64,000 bases of DNA, from the NCBI GenBank assembly GCA_051530055.1, contig CM121343.1:4868389-4932388 (forward strand), written 5' to 3'. A program made the translations under genes and the position numbers. This document shows positions 63,466 to 64,000 of the stretch, piece after piece; position 1 is the stretch's first letter; every line of letters begins with the position of its first letter. Origin of the DNA: Neoechinorhynchus agilis (lineage: Eukaryota; Animalia; Acanthocephala). The notes below the pieces were generated by a model that saw only the letters and a program-made list of their open reading frames with translations, had not been told where the DNA came from and ran no database searches.

Positions 63466-64000
63466 ATGTTTCACAAAAAAAGGAAAGAAGTAAACAAGCA
63501 AGAGACAGTGAAATCGTCCGCTTATTATAGAATCCAACGAGACCTGGCGGACTTGAGGGACCTTCCGGCTGGATGCAAACTTAAATTCGACAACACAGGC
63601 GACATCATGAAATTCCAAGTCCTAATGAACCCCACCGAGGTAGGTCCAAGATTTGAACCTTCGCCAACTAACAATTCCATCAAGGGTTACTACACTTACC
63701 AGAATATCAAATTTACAGTAACCATCCCTCCCGATTACCCATTCGATCCTCCCAAAGTAAAATGCGATTCACCAATATATCATCCAAACATAGACACAGC
63801 GGGCGGCGTTTGCCTGACCATCCTGAGGTTCGAAATTTGCAGGGCAGGGGGTAGCACTGTTTTAAATTCTTTCGTAGTAATAAATATACAAAATTAGTGA
63901 CGTAACGATTACTATAGGGAAGAATGGAGGCCAGTACTATCTATCTTGTCGGTTATAATTGGACTTTTTCACGTTTTGATTGAACCGAACGCCAATGATG
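63466..64000 (+). CDS. UBE2M: NEDD8-conjugating enzyme Ubc12, with introns; runs off the window end
   Basis: SAYYRIQRDLADL-DLP, PPDYPFDPPKVKC..PIYHPNIDTAG.VCLTILR, then EEWRPVLSILSVIIGLFHVLIEPNAND. Confidence 0.85.

Overview
AT-rich, gene-dense eukaryotic (invertebrate animal-like) DNA with many GT-AG introns of about 40-60 nt. There is no prokaryotic, rRNA or CRISPR-Cas content. Recognisable host genes: U2SURP/SR140-like 3' part, PCNA, PHLDB (LL5), SPARC (split into small exons and absent from the ORF track), Vps34/PIK3C3, Munc18/STXBP1, an ACAP-type ArfGAP, a lectin-like/CUB membrane protein, ELOVL6-like elongase, a BLM-like RecQ helicase, MCM7 and UBE2M/Ubc12 (runs off the end). Intergenic DNA holds many non-LTR retroelements: one near-intact CRE-type element plus several 3' stubs, two RTE pieces with twister-ribozyme cores, L2/CR1-like remnants and a Penelope GIY-YIG fragment. 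There are also several foldback/MITE hairpins. Most notable: (1) the BLM-like helicase has an in-frame RING-HC finger with SIM-like motifs upstream of the helicase core; (2) its predicted first exon lies inside a near-perfect 706-bp inverted repeat; (3) a dispersed repeat family (24.4, 31.7, 48.2 kb) has a conserved ~35-nt core, variable spacers and nested higher-order structure, and appears linked to the 3' end of an L2-like LINE. Gene models were assembled by eye and exon boundaries are approximate.
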